Of a stretch of DNA of 64,000 bases, positions 8,852 through 18,852 are shown one piece after another (position 1 is the stretch's first letter; every line of letters starts with the position of its first letter). Source of the stretch: a virus; IMG/VR virus record IMGVR_UViG_3300022213_000237, positions 105,568-169,567 of that record. The stretch is one strand, 5' to 3'. A program made the translations under genes and the position numbers. The notes beneath the pieces are model-generated. The model had not been told where the DNA came from. It ran no database searches and saw only the letters and a program-made list of their open reading frames with translations.

Positions 8852-9894
8852 TGCCCTAAGAGACCGCCAAGCGAGATATAAATCTTCCCCCTAGGTTCTG
8901 GCTTGGCGGTCTTGAAGGCTTCGTAAACCCACTCTTCAGACATGTCTCCCAAGTCTTTTTCGTTAGCTTCAGAATCAAGATTTAAAAAGTCTTGTGGCGG
9001 CTGCAACAAGTAAATTTCCAAGTCTTCCGACAGGTCGTATGCCAACTTAGTGATTTCGGCTCCGGCATCGGGATCAAGAGCGATATAAAGCTTTTTAACT
9101 GAGCGCTTAATCGTACCTATTTGTTCCGCCGACACGGCCTTACCCATGGATGCCACATTCCCACCACATTTATGCGCCTTGATGGCGGTAATAGGACCCT
9201 CGGTGAGAATGCAATGCTCTGAACCCTTAAGACGGTCCTGGAACATGAGCTGTCGCTGCCCCTTGCCCACAAGACTCTTGCTTGTCAAAATCTTCGGCAC
9301 CTTGATGACGCGTTGCTGTTCTTCGTCCCAACGTTCAGTAGGGCCAATAAAGCGGGCTTGCCAACCTATCAGTTTGCCGTCTACCTTTACAGGGAAGATG
9401 ACACGTTGATCTACGGGACTGTATTTAAGGTCATAGGTGGTAACATGTTCGGCACGTAAGCCGCGAGAGTGCAGATACAAAGCACCCTTCCTGAATTTCT
9501 CCCACTCGTCCATGCCACAAAAATCAGGCGCCCAAGAAACTTCGGTGCATGTGGTGACAACGGCTGGAGGCGGGAATGCGTCCTCGTCTTCGTCCCATAC
9601 GTCATCTAGTTGGATATCTAAAAAGGTAGCTGACGAAGGAGTGTAGCCGTAAAGCTTCTTACAGATTTCACCGATGGGTATTCCCAACAATTCGGTGAGC
9701 GCGTACTCAGCTTTTCCCTTAAAACCTGTAGCCCTACAATAGTAGCAGACGAATCCGCCACTATCTTTATACATTGCGAGCTTATCCTTTTTAAGACAGC
9801 GGGGACAGGTGAATACATAACTAGTCGCATTGGACCTGTAATGTACCCCGCTGTCTTCAATGAGCTTGGCTAAAGCGCTTTGGTCTATTGCCAT
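8848..9894 (-). CDS. DNA primase (Zn finger + TOPRIM)
   Basis: CPRC...CYYC zinc-binding domain, RVIFP..GWQAR, TEGPITA and ALDPDA TOPRIM acidic motifs, KDLGD. Confidence 0.9.
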   Translation of the reverse strand: MAIDQSALAKLIEDSGVHYRSNATSYVFTCPRCLKKDKLAMYKDSGGFVCYYCRATGFKGKAEYALTELLGIPIGEICKKLYGYTPSSATFLDIQLDDVWDEDEDAFPPPAVVTTCTEVSWAPDFCGMDEWEKFRKGALYLHSRGLRAEHVTTYDLKYSPVDQRVIFPVKVDGKLIGWQARFIGPTERWDEEQQRVIKVPKILTSKSLVGKGQRQLMFQDRLKGSEHCILTEGPITAIKAHKCGGNVASMGKAVSAEQIGTIKRSVKKLYIALDPDAGAEITKLAYDLSEDLEIYLLQPPQDFLNLDSEANEKDLGDMSEEWVYEAFKTAKPEPRGKIYISLGGLLGH

Positions 9895-9908
9895 GGGCCA
9901 ATTCTTTT

Positions 9909-11084
9909 TTAGTCTTCTTTACCTTGAAGACTGTTGTCTTCTCGCAAACCAACTTCAGAATCGCTTTCGCGAATACCGCTAGGCGCAGGTCGCCCAGATT
10001 CCATGGCATCAAAGTCCAGACCCCGAACCCTCTTAAAAATCTCGTTGCAAAGGTCGGGATTGCCTTTTAGCGCGAGAATGAAGTCTTCTCGGGAACCAAA
10101 TTTTGTGTTCTCTCCCTTGGTGGGATATTCGGGAACCAAATAAGTGCGGTTATTGGGACGCAACACGATTCCTTGGCCTACGCCTAGCAGGAAGGCTTCT
10201 TCGTAAACATTGGTAATGCCTTCGTAGTAGTCGAGAGTGAACTGTCCTACACGACCGGGAACGCCAGTAGAATTCCCCTTCATTGTGACCCTAATTTTAT
10301 GCGCAGTTTTCTCCGCATGACCCATGACGTCGGTTTTTGATTCGTCTTCGAACTTCTGATCAAGAAGGTCTGTTTTCCCGTCTTTTGAACGATTTTGTTC
10401 TACGAAGATAAAGTACTCGGCAAAGTGCTGAAGCGCCCAAGCCCCGGCCATTTTGAGCTTGTTGCCACGCATGATTTCGGTTTGGTCCAACTCCGCTCGG
10501 GCCTGGGCAACAAGCGACAAAGCTACTTTGTGGCGACGTAGGGTGCCCTGCACCATAGCGAGACTGTCTTGAATAGTCTTCGCTTGGTCTCCGATTTGCT
10601 GAGTCATTATGGAATCTGCATTAAGGGTTCTGCGTCCAAGGACGTTGGTTATCGAATCAATGGCCACGTACTTGAGAGGCATTCCGTCCTGAAGGTCTTT
10701 TTTGATGTCACCTTCAATGTGGTCAAAAATCTCGTCAGGCTTATTGGTTTCGTAAATCACCAATCGGTCATCATCAATACCGTATTGCTTGCGCATCAAT
10801 GGCGTTAATTGGAGCCCGGCGCGCATTTCAGTGGAGAATAGGATTGCGATAGCATTGGGGTCGGACTGATGAAGTTGTCCAATCTTCATGTACACAGCCA
10901 AAGACTTGCCTCCTTTGGGAGGACCCCAAAACACCTCGCTGTACCCAAGTGGTAGACCGTGAGTCTTACCGTAAATGTAATCGAAAGACGGCGAGCCGGT
11001 ACGAAGTACGTGGAGAAATGGATTGTATTCCCATTTAACGGCGTTATCTTTCTTAAGTAATCGAGTCATCCACTTGTTAGCCAT
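9909..11084 (-). CDS. recA: RecA/UvsX-like recombinase
   Basis: TGSPSFD, Walker A GPPKGGKS, Walker B VAIDSI, IGDQAK, VAQAR, MAGAWALQHFA. Confidence 0.9.
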   Translation of the reverse strand: MANKWMTRLLKKDNAVKWEYNPFLHVLRTGSPSFDYIYGKTHGLPLGYSEVFWGPPKGGKSLAVYMKIGQLHQSDPNAIAILFSTEMRAGLQLTPLMRKQYGIDDDRLVIYETNKPDEIFDHIEGDIKKDLQDGMPLKYVAIDSITNVLGRRTLNADSIMTQQIGDQAKTIQDSLAMVQGTLRRHKVALSLVAQARAELDQTEIMRGNKLKMAGAWALQHFAEYFIFVEQNRSKDGKTDLLDQKFEDESKTDVMGHAEKTAHKIRVTMKGNSTGVPGRVGQFTLDYYEGITNVYEEAFLLGVGQGIVLRPNNRTYLVPEYPTKGENTKFGSREDFILALKGNPDLCNEIFKRVRGLDFDAMESGRPAPSGIRESDSEVGLREDNSLQGKED

Positions 11085-11661
11085 AATGAGGTTTTCCTAT
11101 AATTTTTTGTTCATCTTCCGATGTGTAAGTAGAAGCGCTTTGGGGTCGGTTAATGCCGTTAGATAGAGCGTTTACGCTGCTCAAACTGTCGTATACTTTC
11201 TTGACGGACATGTAACTTTGCTCGAAAGACTTCATTTTAAGCTTCAAAAACTCTACTGCCGCCTCGATCATAGCCACTCGATCCGATAGTTTTTTGTACT
11301 CGGCATCTCTTGCAAGCACGGCCCGCCGCATATCCTCGCTGCCGGACGGATTGCTAGTTCGTACAAGTCCATGGTCTTTGAAATATTGAGGTGCTATTTC
11401 GAGATAAACAATCGCCTTACGTTCTTCAGCGGCCTGATATGCTTGTTTTAATTCCCATTCCAGTTGCATATGGGCTCTTCCGGATCGCCCATAGCCGTCG
11501 ATCATAGCCTGCATAAGGTCTGGAGCAGTTACTTTGTTCACGTGCGCAACTTCTGGCTGCCTAGCTTCAAGGCGGTAGATTTCGTGCATTTCAATCGTAA
11601 TTGGATCTCGACCCGGTGTACCTGCAGGACAGGTGAGAATATTACCTAAAGATAGTTCCAT
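11077..11661 (-). CDS. helical protein, possible UvsY-like recombination mediator
   Basis: GGAG RBS before ATG 11661; coiled coil; lies between ssb and recA (function inferred from context only). Confidence 0.4.
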   Translation of the reverse strand: MELSLGNILTCPAGTPGRDPITIEMHEIYRLEARQPEVAHVNKVTAPDLMQAMIDGYGRSGRAHMQLEWELKQAYQAAEERKAIVYLEIAPQYFKDHGLVRTSNPSGSEDMRRAVLARDAEYKKLSDRVAMIEAAVEFLKLKMKSFEQSYMSVKKVYDSLSSVNALSNGINRPQSASTYTSEDEQKIIGKPHYG

Positions 11662-11671
11662 AGTGGCTCCC

Positions 11672-11714
11672 AAATAGAAAGAGGTCGCGTTAAATTGTGT
11701 GATAGAACGCGACC
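11672..11714 (-). terminator. hairpin / probable intrinsic terminator after ssb
   Basis: 9-bp perfect stem GGTCGCGTT (11683-11691) / AACGCGACC (11706-11714), followed by a T-rich tract on the minus strand. Confidence 0.55.
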
Positions 11715-11732
11715 CCTTCTTATTTCTTGGTT

Positions 11733-12878
11733 TTATTTAGTGACCGAAAAACCAAAACTCTTGATAAACTCGTCGTCACTAAGAGTCTCTGCCGCCGGGG
11801 CACTAGCCGTCTTGGAAGTTTCGACGGGTGCGGACATACTAGGTGGCACGAAATCGCTGGTCTTAATCCGCTCTGGAGTATTAGCCTTCTTTGCGGCCTC
11901 AAGTTCAGCTTTCATCCTGTCCATTTCTGCCTTCATGGCTGCCATTGGATCTACTACAGCGGGTGTAGTCGGAGCAGGCTGTGTCGAGACAACGACATTG
12001 GTGCTTTTGGCTGTGGCGCCCGGTTCCGGTTCATCAGCATCAGGCATTGCGGCATTGCTGATTTCGCCAGTAGAGAAAACGGCATCCACTACTTCGGGGT
12101 CGCCACCGCTGGTAACGAGGCGGTTGATTTCTTCGTACGTCAGGGTACGTCCAAGCTGCGACAAATTATGAGCTTCGGAGCCTAGGCGCTGAAGAACTTC
12201 TTGGGTCAATGGCGCCGGCTTAATTAGCTGGGTGTTGACCTTACGACCTCCAACATCCGCAACAACAGTCTCGGTTACTACCGTAACCGTATGCAGCGTC
12301 TGGTTGCCTTTGCCTGAACGATTAAAGTTAAACCAGACTCCGCCTTCAACACCGATGGGGTCTACGGGAACGCCGCCATTCGACTTACCACTAACCAAGT
12401 CATTGATGACAAGCTGTAAAGCCGCGTAAGCCTTGTGTGGCAGGACCAGGCGCGTAATTTTGCCATCTGCGGTCAGGGCGTTAACATTCCACTTTTTGTC
12501 CAAATTATGAGAAAAAAGCCAGTCGGAAAGTGGTTGTACCGCCTCCTCGATTTCTTTGTCTGACTTACCCTCTTTCTTAAGAGCTTCTTTTCGAGCTTCT
12601 TTGCTCGCAGTGTATTGTGCGATTTGGTCGCACTCAGGACACTGAACCTTAATCATCTTCGTCTTGTAGTCTTTCTTTTGGATACAACGAAACGGGCGCA
12701 TGCCCTTAGTTCCCTTGAATCCCCAATGCAGACACTCATAAACGGCCCAAATCCCTTCCTGCGCTAAATCGAACATCGGAGGAAGGATTCGATAAATATT
12801 GTCGCCATCTACAAGACGTGAATTGTTCTTCTTCTTGGCGCCGTATTGCGGAGCCCCAATTGCTACATTCGTACTCAT
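11733..12878 (-). CDS. ssb: gp32-like single-stranded DNA-binding protein
   Basis: YRILPP, H..C...CPEC zinc ligands, DP..G..F...RSGKG motif, low-complexity linker and acidic C-terminal tail; replication cluster. Confidence 0.75.
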   Translation of the reverse strand: MSTNVAIGAPQYGAKKKNNSRLVDGDNIYRILPPMFDLAQEGIWAVYECLHWGFKGTKGMRPFRCIQKKDYKTKMIKVQCPECDQIAQYTASKEARKEALKKEGKSDKEIEEAVQPLSDWLFSHNLDKKWNVNALTADGKITRLVLPHKAYAALQLVINDLVSGKSNGGVPVDPIGVEGGVWFNFNRSGKGNQTLHTVTVVTETVVADVGGRKVNTQLIKPAPLTQEVLQRLGSEAHNLSQLGRTLTYEEINRLVTSGGDPEVVDAVFSTGEISNAAMPDADEPEPGATAKSTNVVVSTQPAPTTPAVVDPMAAMKAEMDRMKAELEAAKKANTPERIKTSDFVPPSMSAPVETSKTASAPAAETLSDDEFIKSFGFSVTK

Positions 12879-12910
12879 ATTGTCTTACCTTTTGCTGGTG
12901 AGTTTGCTCG

Positions 12911-13690
12911 TTACTTCTTGTTATATACTTTAAGGATCTTTTCGTTTAGTTCTTGAATTAGATCTTCGTCAGTGCTCTGTTCAGTTGCTTCCAATGAAAT
13001 CGTTGGCGTTGATCTGCCAAAGAGTTTCACCGATAAAGATTGCTGCTCATCTGCCGTCAAACCGGTCAAAATACATGGCATTGCGGTAGTAGCGGCCTTG
13101 ACCTCAAGGGCTTTGGTAAGGATCCGATTCGTGAGGTCGAAAGCAAGAAGGTCGTCTCCGTTGCTGTTACGAACCGCCTTCTGAACGATATTTTCCACCT
13201 CAGCATCGCTTCGGAGCGTCAAATCCATATCCATGGAATCTAGTTTGGGCATTTGCAACGTGTGGATCCCGTGCCCTTGCATATATCGCTGCATAACCTG
13301 AGTCAGTAGAATCAGCTGCGCCGACATAAACTGAGGATTCTTTTCATCTAAAGAGGGCCTAACCTGGGCCGCGAATTCCTTGTAAAGAGAGTGACCGTCC
13401 ACCACCACTGCCCCTTCTTTTCCGGCTCTAACGGCAAAACTTTCGGCACGAGGTCCGGTCAAAAACACTTTAATGACTGAATTGCTAATCAGTGTCCGAT
13501 AAGCTTCGGTCAGACTTTTTACCTGATCTTCGGCTTCCCGCTGGCGAATAACAGCACCGGCACGAGTTGACGCATCCCAGCCATCAAGTGGGGAGTTAAG
13601 AACCTTAGTAAAGGCTTCAATATCGTTGAGAATGGCTTGAAGTCGTTCTTTTGCTACTTTTGCTTGTTTTTGTTGGTCTGTGAGTTCCAT
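12911..13690 (-). CDS. hypothetical protein
   Basis: ATG at 13690 just downstream of the dnaE-C stop; 259 aa. Confidence 0.65.
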   Translation of the reverse strand: MELTDQQKQAKVAKERLQAILNDIEAFTKVLNSPLDGWDASTRAGAVIRQREAEDQVKSLTEAYRTLISNSVIKVFLTGPRAESFAVRAGKEGAVVVDGHSLYKEFAAQVRPSLDEKNPQFMSAQLILLTQVMQRYMQGHGIHTLQMPKLDSMDMDLTLRSDAEVENIVQKAVRNSNGDDLLAFDLTNRILTKALEVKAATTAMPCILTGLTADEQQSLSVKLFGRSTPTISLEATEQSTDEDLIQELNEKILKVYNKK

Positions 13691-13694
13691 TATA

Positions 13695-15788
13695 TTACTC
13701 CTGGGAGGTTTCTTCCGGCTCTTCTGAGAGTGGGGGTGCAACTACTAATATCGCGTCGATCGCAAAAGGTCTGTTGGATTTGTATCGCGTGAGATGCAGT
13801 ATCGCGATCGACCCAGCCATATCCTTAGGAGCTTCGAGATGTCCTGATTCTCGATCCGGCCACTTAACGAATAAGAATTGTTCACCATCTACGTCAAAAA
13901 TTACTTCTACGGCAGATTTAGTTCCACCCTTGTAGCTGAATCGTCTTTCGGAAATGATATATCCAGCTACCGTGCAGGCAACATGCTGGCCATCATAAAT
14001 CTCAAATTCTTCGTTATAGTATCTAAGCTGTGCGCCATCAACCAGCGGCACGGCTTCAAGTTTACGGTCGCTGCCGATACCCATCTGACGCTTCATGTCC
14101 GCAATACTTTCTGCAGTACTGGGCAGATACCAATAGTTGCCTTTACCGTCGCTAGTGACACCGTCGATCCGCATATCAACCAAAATAGGCACCACGCTGT
14201 TGGTGTAAATTGGCAAAATGTTTTTCTGCATCTGGAATCTAGTCAACGGATTTAAGTCCACGTACTTTTTATCGACTTTACCTTTTTTAGCTTTCTTTCC
14301 TGTAAGGGCCTGAGTTACATTCGCCACTTCTTGTTCGTAATAATCAAGTTTGTCGTTAACGTGTCTCAATTCTGACGGGAAAAGGCTGTCCATAACGCCA
14401 GAAACAATTAGCTTGCCGACTACGCCTCTATTTAGGGCGCTGAGTCCGGCTTTAACTTTTTGCTTACCTTTGGCGTCAAGCATTGGAGTACCGTCTTCGT
14501 TTACTCGCAATGTGGCTCCAGCCATCTTTTTGCGGACTATTTTTTCAACAAAATCGGTGACGCTTAAATATGGGCGACCAGCGCAAAGTTCGGCATGAGC
14601 TGTGGGACCAACGCCGTTAATAAAGCTCAAAGGCGCTCGGATTCTATCGCCCTGGATTTCAAATTCGTCGCCCGAATACCGCACATCCGGTAAGTCGATC
14701 CACTGTTTGCAATAACGCCAAAACTTTTCAGCAATTTCCTTCTTGTCGGCGTTTTTTAGCACCGCACACCACCACTCGTTGGGGTAGTAATGTTTTAGAT
14801 AGGCGCAAGCATAGGCGGTGACGGAATAGCAGATTGAGTGACTTTTGTTAAAGCCGTATTGTCCAAAGGTGACTATCTGGTTCCAGACCTTCTCCGAGTC
14901 TTCTTTACCGATTTTCTCGGAAGCTTTGGCAATAAAGTTTGGATACGCTTCCAATACCTTAGCCATCTTCTTCTTCGCAATGTTAGTGCGAAAGGTATTG
15001 GCTTCTATGCCAGTGCAACCAGTCAAATGCTGATACAACTTCTGTAATTGTTCTTGGTATACAATTACGCCGTAAGTCTCTGGAAGCAGTGCGTCTAGTG
15101 CTTTAATTGGATCGGATGGAGGAAGGCCTTTAGCTCTGTTGGCGTATTCAACCAACATATTATGTTCTCGGCCAGTAATCGGGTCCTTGACCTTAGCATC
15201 CAGAGGACCTGGGCGATCTAGAGCCGTGAAGGCGCTTATTGCTTCAATCGAGTCAATAGCTTTCACACCCGCCGATTTGTCGTAGTTAAATTGAGTCAAC
15301 CATTGTTTGGCGGAGTTGGTATTGAGCTGGAATACGGTTTCTGTTTTACCTTCGGCAATGTCGTTGAATACGGCTTGGTCTTCGGGAAGGTCCCAAATAT
15401 CCATTGGCACACCAGTCGTGGGATTGGGTACGATACGAAATCCTGGAACTCGGCGACCATTAAGTTTGATATCGGATTCAAAGTCTCGGTCTGGGTATTT
15501 TGCTTGAATGAGCTTAATTGCGGCACCGATGTCCTTCAGGGAATTGAGCCCGAGGAAATCCATTTTCAAACCACCTACGGCCTCAACACTCCCCGCCGTG
15601 TATTGGGTGGTACGAAATCCGCTGATAGTGGTCGTGGGTATGAAATTACTGATGGGCTCATTTGCGATGACAAAGCCGCAATTATGCATTACAACGCCAG
15701 AGGCGTGAACGAAACTATGGTGTTCGTGATTAACAGATAAATCATATACCTGTTCTGGTTCTTTTATTCGTGCTGATATTATCTTCAT
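13695..15788 (-). CDS. dnaE: DNA polymerase III alpha subunit, C-terminal part, preceded by C-intein
   Basis: After 36-aa IntC: CGFVI, LKMDFLGL, VFQL, RPGP, TYGVIVYQEQ, YGFNKSH, INGVG HhH, C-terminal OB fold. Confidence 0.93.
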   Translation of the reverse strand: MKIISARIKEPEQVYDLSVNHEHHSFVHASGVVMHNCGFVIANEPISNFIPTTTISGFRTTQYTAGSVEAVGGLKMDFLGLNSLKDIGAAIKLIQAKYPDRDFESDIKLNGRRVPGFRIVPNPTTGVPMDIWDLPEDQAVFNDIAEGKTETVFQLNTNSAKQWLTQFNYDKSAGVKAIDSIEAISAFTALDRPGPLDAKVKDPITGREHNMLVEYANRAKGLPPSDPIKALDALLPETYGVIVYQEQLQKLYQHLTGCTGIEANTFRTNIAKKKMAKVLEAYPNFIAKASEKIGKEDSEKVWNQIVTFGQYGFNKSHSICYSVTAYACAYLKHYYPNEWWCAVLKNADKKEIAEKFWRYCKQWIDLPDVRYSGDEFEIQGDRIRAPLSFINGVGPTAHAELCAGRPYLSVTDFVEKIVRKKMAGATLRVNEDGTPMLDAKGKQKVKAGLSALNRGVVGKLIVSGVMDSLFPSELRHVNDKLDYYEQEVANVTQALTGKKAKKGKVDKKYVDLNPLTRFQMQKNILPIYTNSVVPILVDMRIDGVTSDGKGNYWYLPSTAESIADMKRQMGIGSDRKLEAVPLVDGAQLRYYNEEFEIYDGQHVACTVAGYIISERRFSYKGGTKSAVEVIFDVDGEQFLFVKWPDRESGHLEAPKDMAGSIAILHLTRYKSNRPFAIDAILVVAPPLSEEPEETSQE
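15681..15788 (-). mobile_element. split intein C-fragment (IntC, 36 aa)
   Basis: MKIISARIKEPEQVYDLSV...GVVMHN then Cys+1; blocks F and G only. Confidence 0.93.
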
Positions 15789-16669
15789 GGATCTATCTTA
15801 CTAAGTAGCTTTCCGATCTCCAACATCACTTCGTACGATACATATCTTCCACGCATCCAATTACAGCGTAAACAAGACGGTACACAGTTTTTCTTAATGT
15901 GACCTATGTCATTGTTTTTACGATCCAGACCGGTAGCAGGTCTTCCGCAATAACAACAAGGAGAACTGCGAGCCTCTAACACGTCATCCACGGTAAGATC
16001 AAAATCCCTTCTTTTGTCTTTATCTCTTCTAACGTAAGAGTGAAGAAGTTTTTTAGCTGCCCGAAGAGTGTTTTGAATTGGGGAGTCTTTAAATCTAGTA
16101 GACTTTACACATTCTTTACACCAATAATTCTGTAGACGTATCACTGACCAACGCTGTTTCCAGCGATGGCCTACAGCGCATTCCCAAGTCGAATGGCATG
16201 AAGCTTTGTCGGACCATTCAATCAACTTACCTCCCTTGAGCTTAACGTATTCGATTGCCTCCTTTTTTAGTGGGCGTTGGCGACGAGAACAAATCCTACA
16301 TGGATTACGCGGCGGTTCAACCGAACGATAACTTCCTAATATTGTACTTCCACATTGGATATGGGTAAGTTTCAGGTTAGGTTCTGAAACCCCCTTGTAG
16401 TCTCCAGGATTTTCTACTCGATACCCCCATGAAAACAACTGAGATTCTATGAATTCTTTACTGTGCTTGGTTCTACCAGATCCACGCCTAGCTCGAATGC
16501 CTTTTGAATTCCCATCCACCCCTCTACGGTAAGTATTTGGTGGTCTGGAGTACAACATAGCTTTGCTCCATTTTCTAATGTGTATTCCGTTATCGTTCGA
16601 ACCCCCTGATTTATTAAAAGGGCCGTGGCGTTGGCGCCTTGTCCTGTATTTATTATTTGTTCGTTGCAT
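15785..16669 (-). CDS. free-standing HNH/His-Me homing endonuclease between the dnaE halves (start uncertain)
   Basis: Zinc-ribbon repeats (WECAVGHRW..WCKEC) and CCYCG..GLDRKNNDIGH..NCVPSCLRCNWMRG; TGA overlaps the IntC ATG (ATGA); 5' part overlaps IntN in another frame. Confidence 0.8.
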   Translation of the reverse strand: MQRTNNKYRTRRQRHGPFNKSGGSNDNGIHIRKWSKAMLYSRPPNTYRRGVDGNSKGIRARRGSGRTKHSKEFIESQLFSWGYRVENPGDYKGVSEPNLKLTHIQCGSTILGSYRSVEPPRNPCRICSRRQRPLKKEAIEYVKLKGGKLIEWSDKASCHSTWECAVGHRWKQRWSVIRLQNYWCKECVKSTRFKDSPIQNTLRAAKKLLHSYVRRDKDKRRDFDLTVDDVLEARSSPCCYCGRPATGLDRKNNDIGHIKKNCVPSCLRCNWMRGRYVSYEVMLEIGKLLSKIDP

Positions 16670-18621
16670 TCGACAATATCCTTTATTTGTCCGTCAGAAA
16701 GTAAGATTGCCTCCCGCGCCGGAAGACAGGCGTGGCGGCTTTTTTGTCGTGCGATACCCAACATTTTCTTAACGATTTCCCATTCTTGTGGGTATCTCTG
16801 AATATACTCCTTAAGCTCCTGAGATTCGTCAATCAAACCTCTTATTTCTTTTCCGTCGTCACCCGTGTACCCAAACACAAAATCGGCATCATCAACACCC
16901 TGAGGCGGCATCGGAAGCTTTTTGCATAAGACTTCAATCTCAGCATCTACGTGGCCATGTAGTGAACGATGAACATCTTTGATAGATGACTTGAGACGTA
17001 GCATCGTATTCGTTGAAATTGCGGCCACGCAATCGGCAAAGCGATTAAACAACCACCCGCGCTCGGGGTCGATAAGGGGGTCTCTATCCGGAAAATCCAT
17101 GTCAATGTCCGGCAGCTTCCCGTCCTCGATACGGTCCTTCGTCAGAAAGCGGTCTTCTGAGAGGTCGTACTTGAGTGGGTCGACGTGAGTGACACCAAGA
17201 TAGTAAACTGCGGATAGGCCGCCTGCGGAGCCACGACCCGCACCGCTAAGTAATCGTTGTTGTTCGTAAAAGGAACAAACTTCTTCGGCAATAAACAAGT
17301 AAGGCAGGAGATCTATTTTGCCGTTGTGATGTAACAGTTCTACTTCTTTCTTTAAACGGGATACGCGTGTCGGATTACCCCAATCCATGCGCCCGTGTTT
17401 GTCGAGCAGGATCTTAAAATACTTAAGAGTATTTGATGGATAGAATGACGCAGGTAAGGATTTGCGATCTGTGAATTTGAAGTCCTTGAAACGCTGACTC
17501 CATTCAATATTTGAGTCTACCATGGATTCGAAGTCGCTCTCCGACATCCCCATCACACCTTTAAAGTAAGACCATGCTTCAGCAGAATCGAACCTGTGAT
17601 ACGAATTTGCGAATTTCCACGAACCACCAGAGCTTCCGAGACGGGAATCCTGGACAATCTTTTCATCTTTGGTGGCGAAATGCGCATCGTCGGAAAGCAA
17701 TATTTTATCGCCACGAGTTCTAGCGAGATGCAACATGAATCGATTGGCGGCCAACTGAACATCGCCATCAGGACACCAAGGCTGGCATTCATTCTTTAGA
17801 AAGTCCTCAACGAGCTTGCACTCGACAATGACTTTGGGTTCGCGTTCCTCCCATTTACGGTTATTCATTACCGCAACCAACAAGCCAACATCCTTACCCC
17901 GTGAAACAGCTTTGGCTAAGTCTTCGGCACTGACGCCATCCGAGAATTTAGTGGTCTTAAGCTTTTTCTCTTTCCAGAACTTAAATTTCTCTCCGCCTTC
18001 AATAGTAACAAAGACACCATTGACCCAGTATTTGTCACAAACATGCGGAAATACTTCAACGTAGAACTTGTTTCCAAACATCGACTTGAGACGTTCGTAG
18101 TATTTAATGGCAATGTCTGGGCGATCCGAAAGCAGGTGGCGTTGCACCATGCCGATTAGACATCCGGAAGTAGCGGTAATGTTGTATTGTGAGAGTCTTT
18201 CTAGATTTTCCCAAGAGAACAACGGCTTCCTTTCGGAGCCGTGCTGCTCTGCGCGAGCATCAGCTAAAGAAAGTTCTTTGACTAACGCCTCGTATCCCTT
18301 TTGGTCTTGGGCGTGAAGCGTAATGTGGTAGTATTTGTTGTAGGAGGCGAAAGTTCCTTTAGCGTCCTTTTCGATACCTGCTGCCTTGAGAATCGGGCAA
18401 TCATCATCTCTAAAATAGCCCTCGACACCCAAAATAGGAATAATGTTGTTCTTTTTGGCAAGGTCGTACACTTCACGACATGCGCCCATAGAACCGTGAT
18501 CAGTACACGTTGTCACTCCCGTACCAAGCTGTATTTCTCTTTCTACAAACGCTTCTGGGGTGGAAGCCGTATCTAATGATTGTTGGTGACAGTGAGGAGT
18601 TGGAAAATTCTTAAAAGCCAT
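16447..18621 (-). CDS. dnaE: DNA polymerase III alpha subunit, N-terminal part, ending in N-intein
   Basis: PHP domain (HCH, TDHG, GVEGY, SGCL, DAHF), GAGRGSAGG, catalytic PDIDMD, RQKSRHA then IntN. Confidence 0.93.
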   Translation of the reverse strand: MAFKNFPTPHCHQQSLDTASTPEAFVEREIQLGTGVTTCTDHGSMGACREVYDLAKKNNIIPILGVEGYFRDDDCPILKAAGIEKDAKGTFASYNKYYHITLHAQDQKGYEALVKELSLADARAEQHGSERKPLFSWENLERLSQYNITATSGCLIGMVQRHLLSDRPDIAIKYYERLKSMFGNKFYVEVFPHVCDKYWVNGVFVTIEGGEKFKFWKEKKLKTTKFSDGVSAEDLAKAVSRGKDVGLLVAVMNNRKWEEREPKVIVECKLVEDFLKNECQPWCPDGDVQLAANRFMLHLARTRGDKILLSDDAHFATKDEKIVQDSRLGSSGGSWKFANSYHRFDSAEAWSYFKGVMGMSESDFESMVDSNIEWSQRFKDFKFTDRKSLPASFYPSNTLKYFKILLDKHGRMDWGNPTRVSRLKKEVELLHHNGKIDLLPYLFIAEEVCSFYEQQRLLSGAGRGSAGGLSAVYYLGVTHVDPLKYDLSEDRFLTKDRIEDGKLPDIDMDFPDRDPLIDPERGWLFNRFADCVAAISTNTMLRLKSSIKDVHRSLHGHVDAEIEVLCKKLPMPPQGVDDADFVFGYTGDDGKEIRGLIDESQELKEYIQRYPQEWEIVKKMLGIARQKSRHACLPAREAILLSDGQIKDIVECNEQIINTGQGANATALLINQGVRTITEYTLENGAKLCCTPDHQILTVEGWMGIQKAFELGVDLVEPSTVKNS
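16450..16728 (-). mobile_element. split intein N-fragment (IntN, 93 aa)
   Basis: CLPAREAILLSDG (block A), LCCTPDHQILTVEGW (block B TxxH), then stop. Confidence 0.93.
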
Positions 18622-18630
18622 TACCCCTGA

Positions 18631-18852
18631 CTATATCGAGGGATCTGCTAACTTAGCTCTCAACCTCATGACGATATCGTTATAGATCCGATGAACGTCT
18701 TCAGCGGTAATCATAAGAGCCTGGGCGACGGTTCGGTCGGGTGCGCCCTCAGGAAAGCGCTCAATCACTCTAGTCAGACTGTAGTCCAATCTCTTGAGGT
18801 AAACAAACTCTGGGTCATTGTTGATACGAAACAAAGCTTCTTCAGTCGTCAT
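18631..18852 (-). CDS. small HTH-like protein
   Basis: 73 aa; PDRTVAQALMITAEDVHRIY helix-turn-helix-like. Confidence 0.5.
   Translation of the reverse strand: MTTEEALFRINNDPEFVYLKRLDYSLTRVIERFPEGAPDRTVAQALMITAEDVHRIYNDIVMRLRAKLADPSI

Noticed and set aside
16447-16449. Amber readthrough or stop-codon reassignment joining the dnaE halves
   Set aside because: The downstream ORFs are in different frames and another TAG follows shortly in frame. TAA, TAG and TGA all end genes normally and code 11 gives dense coding.
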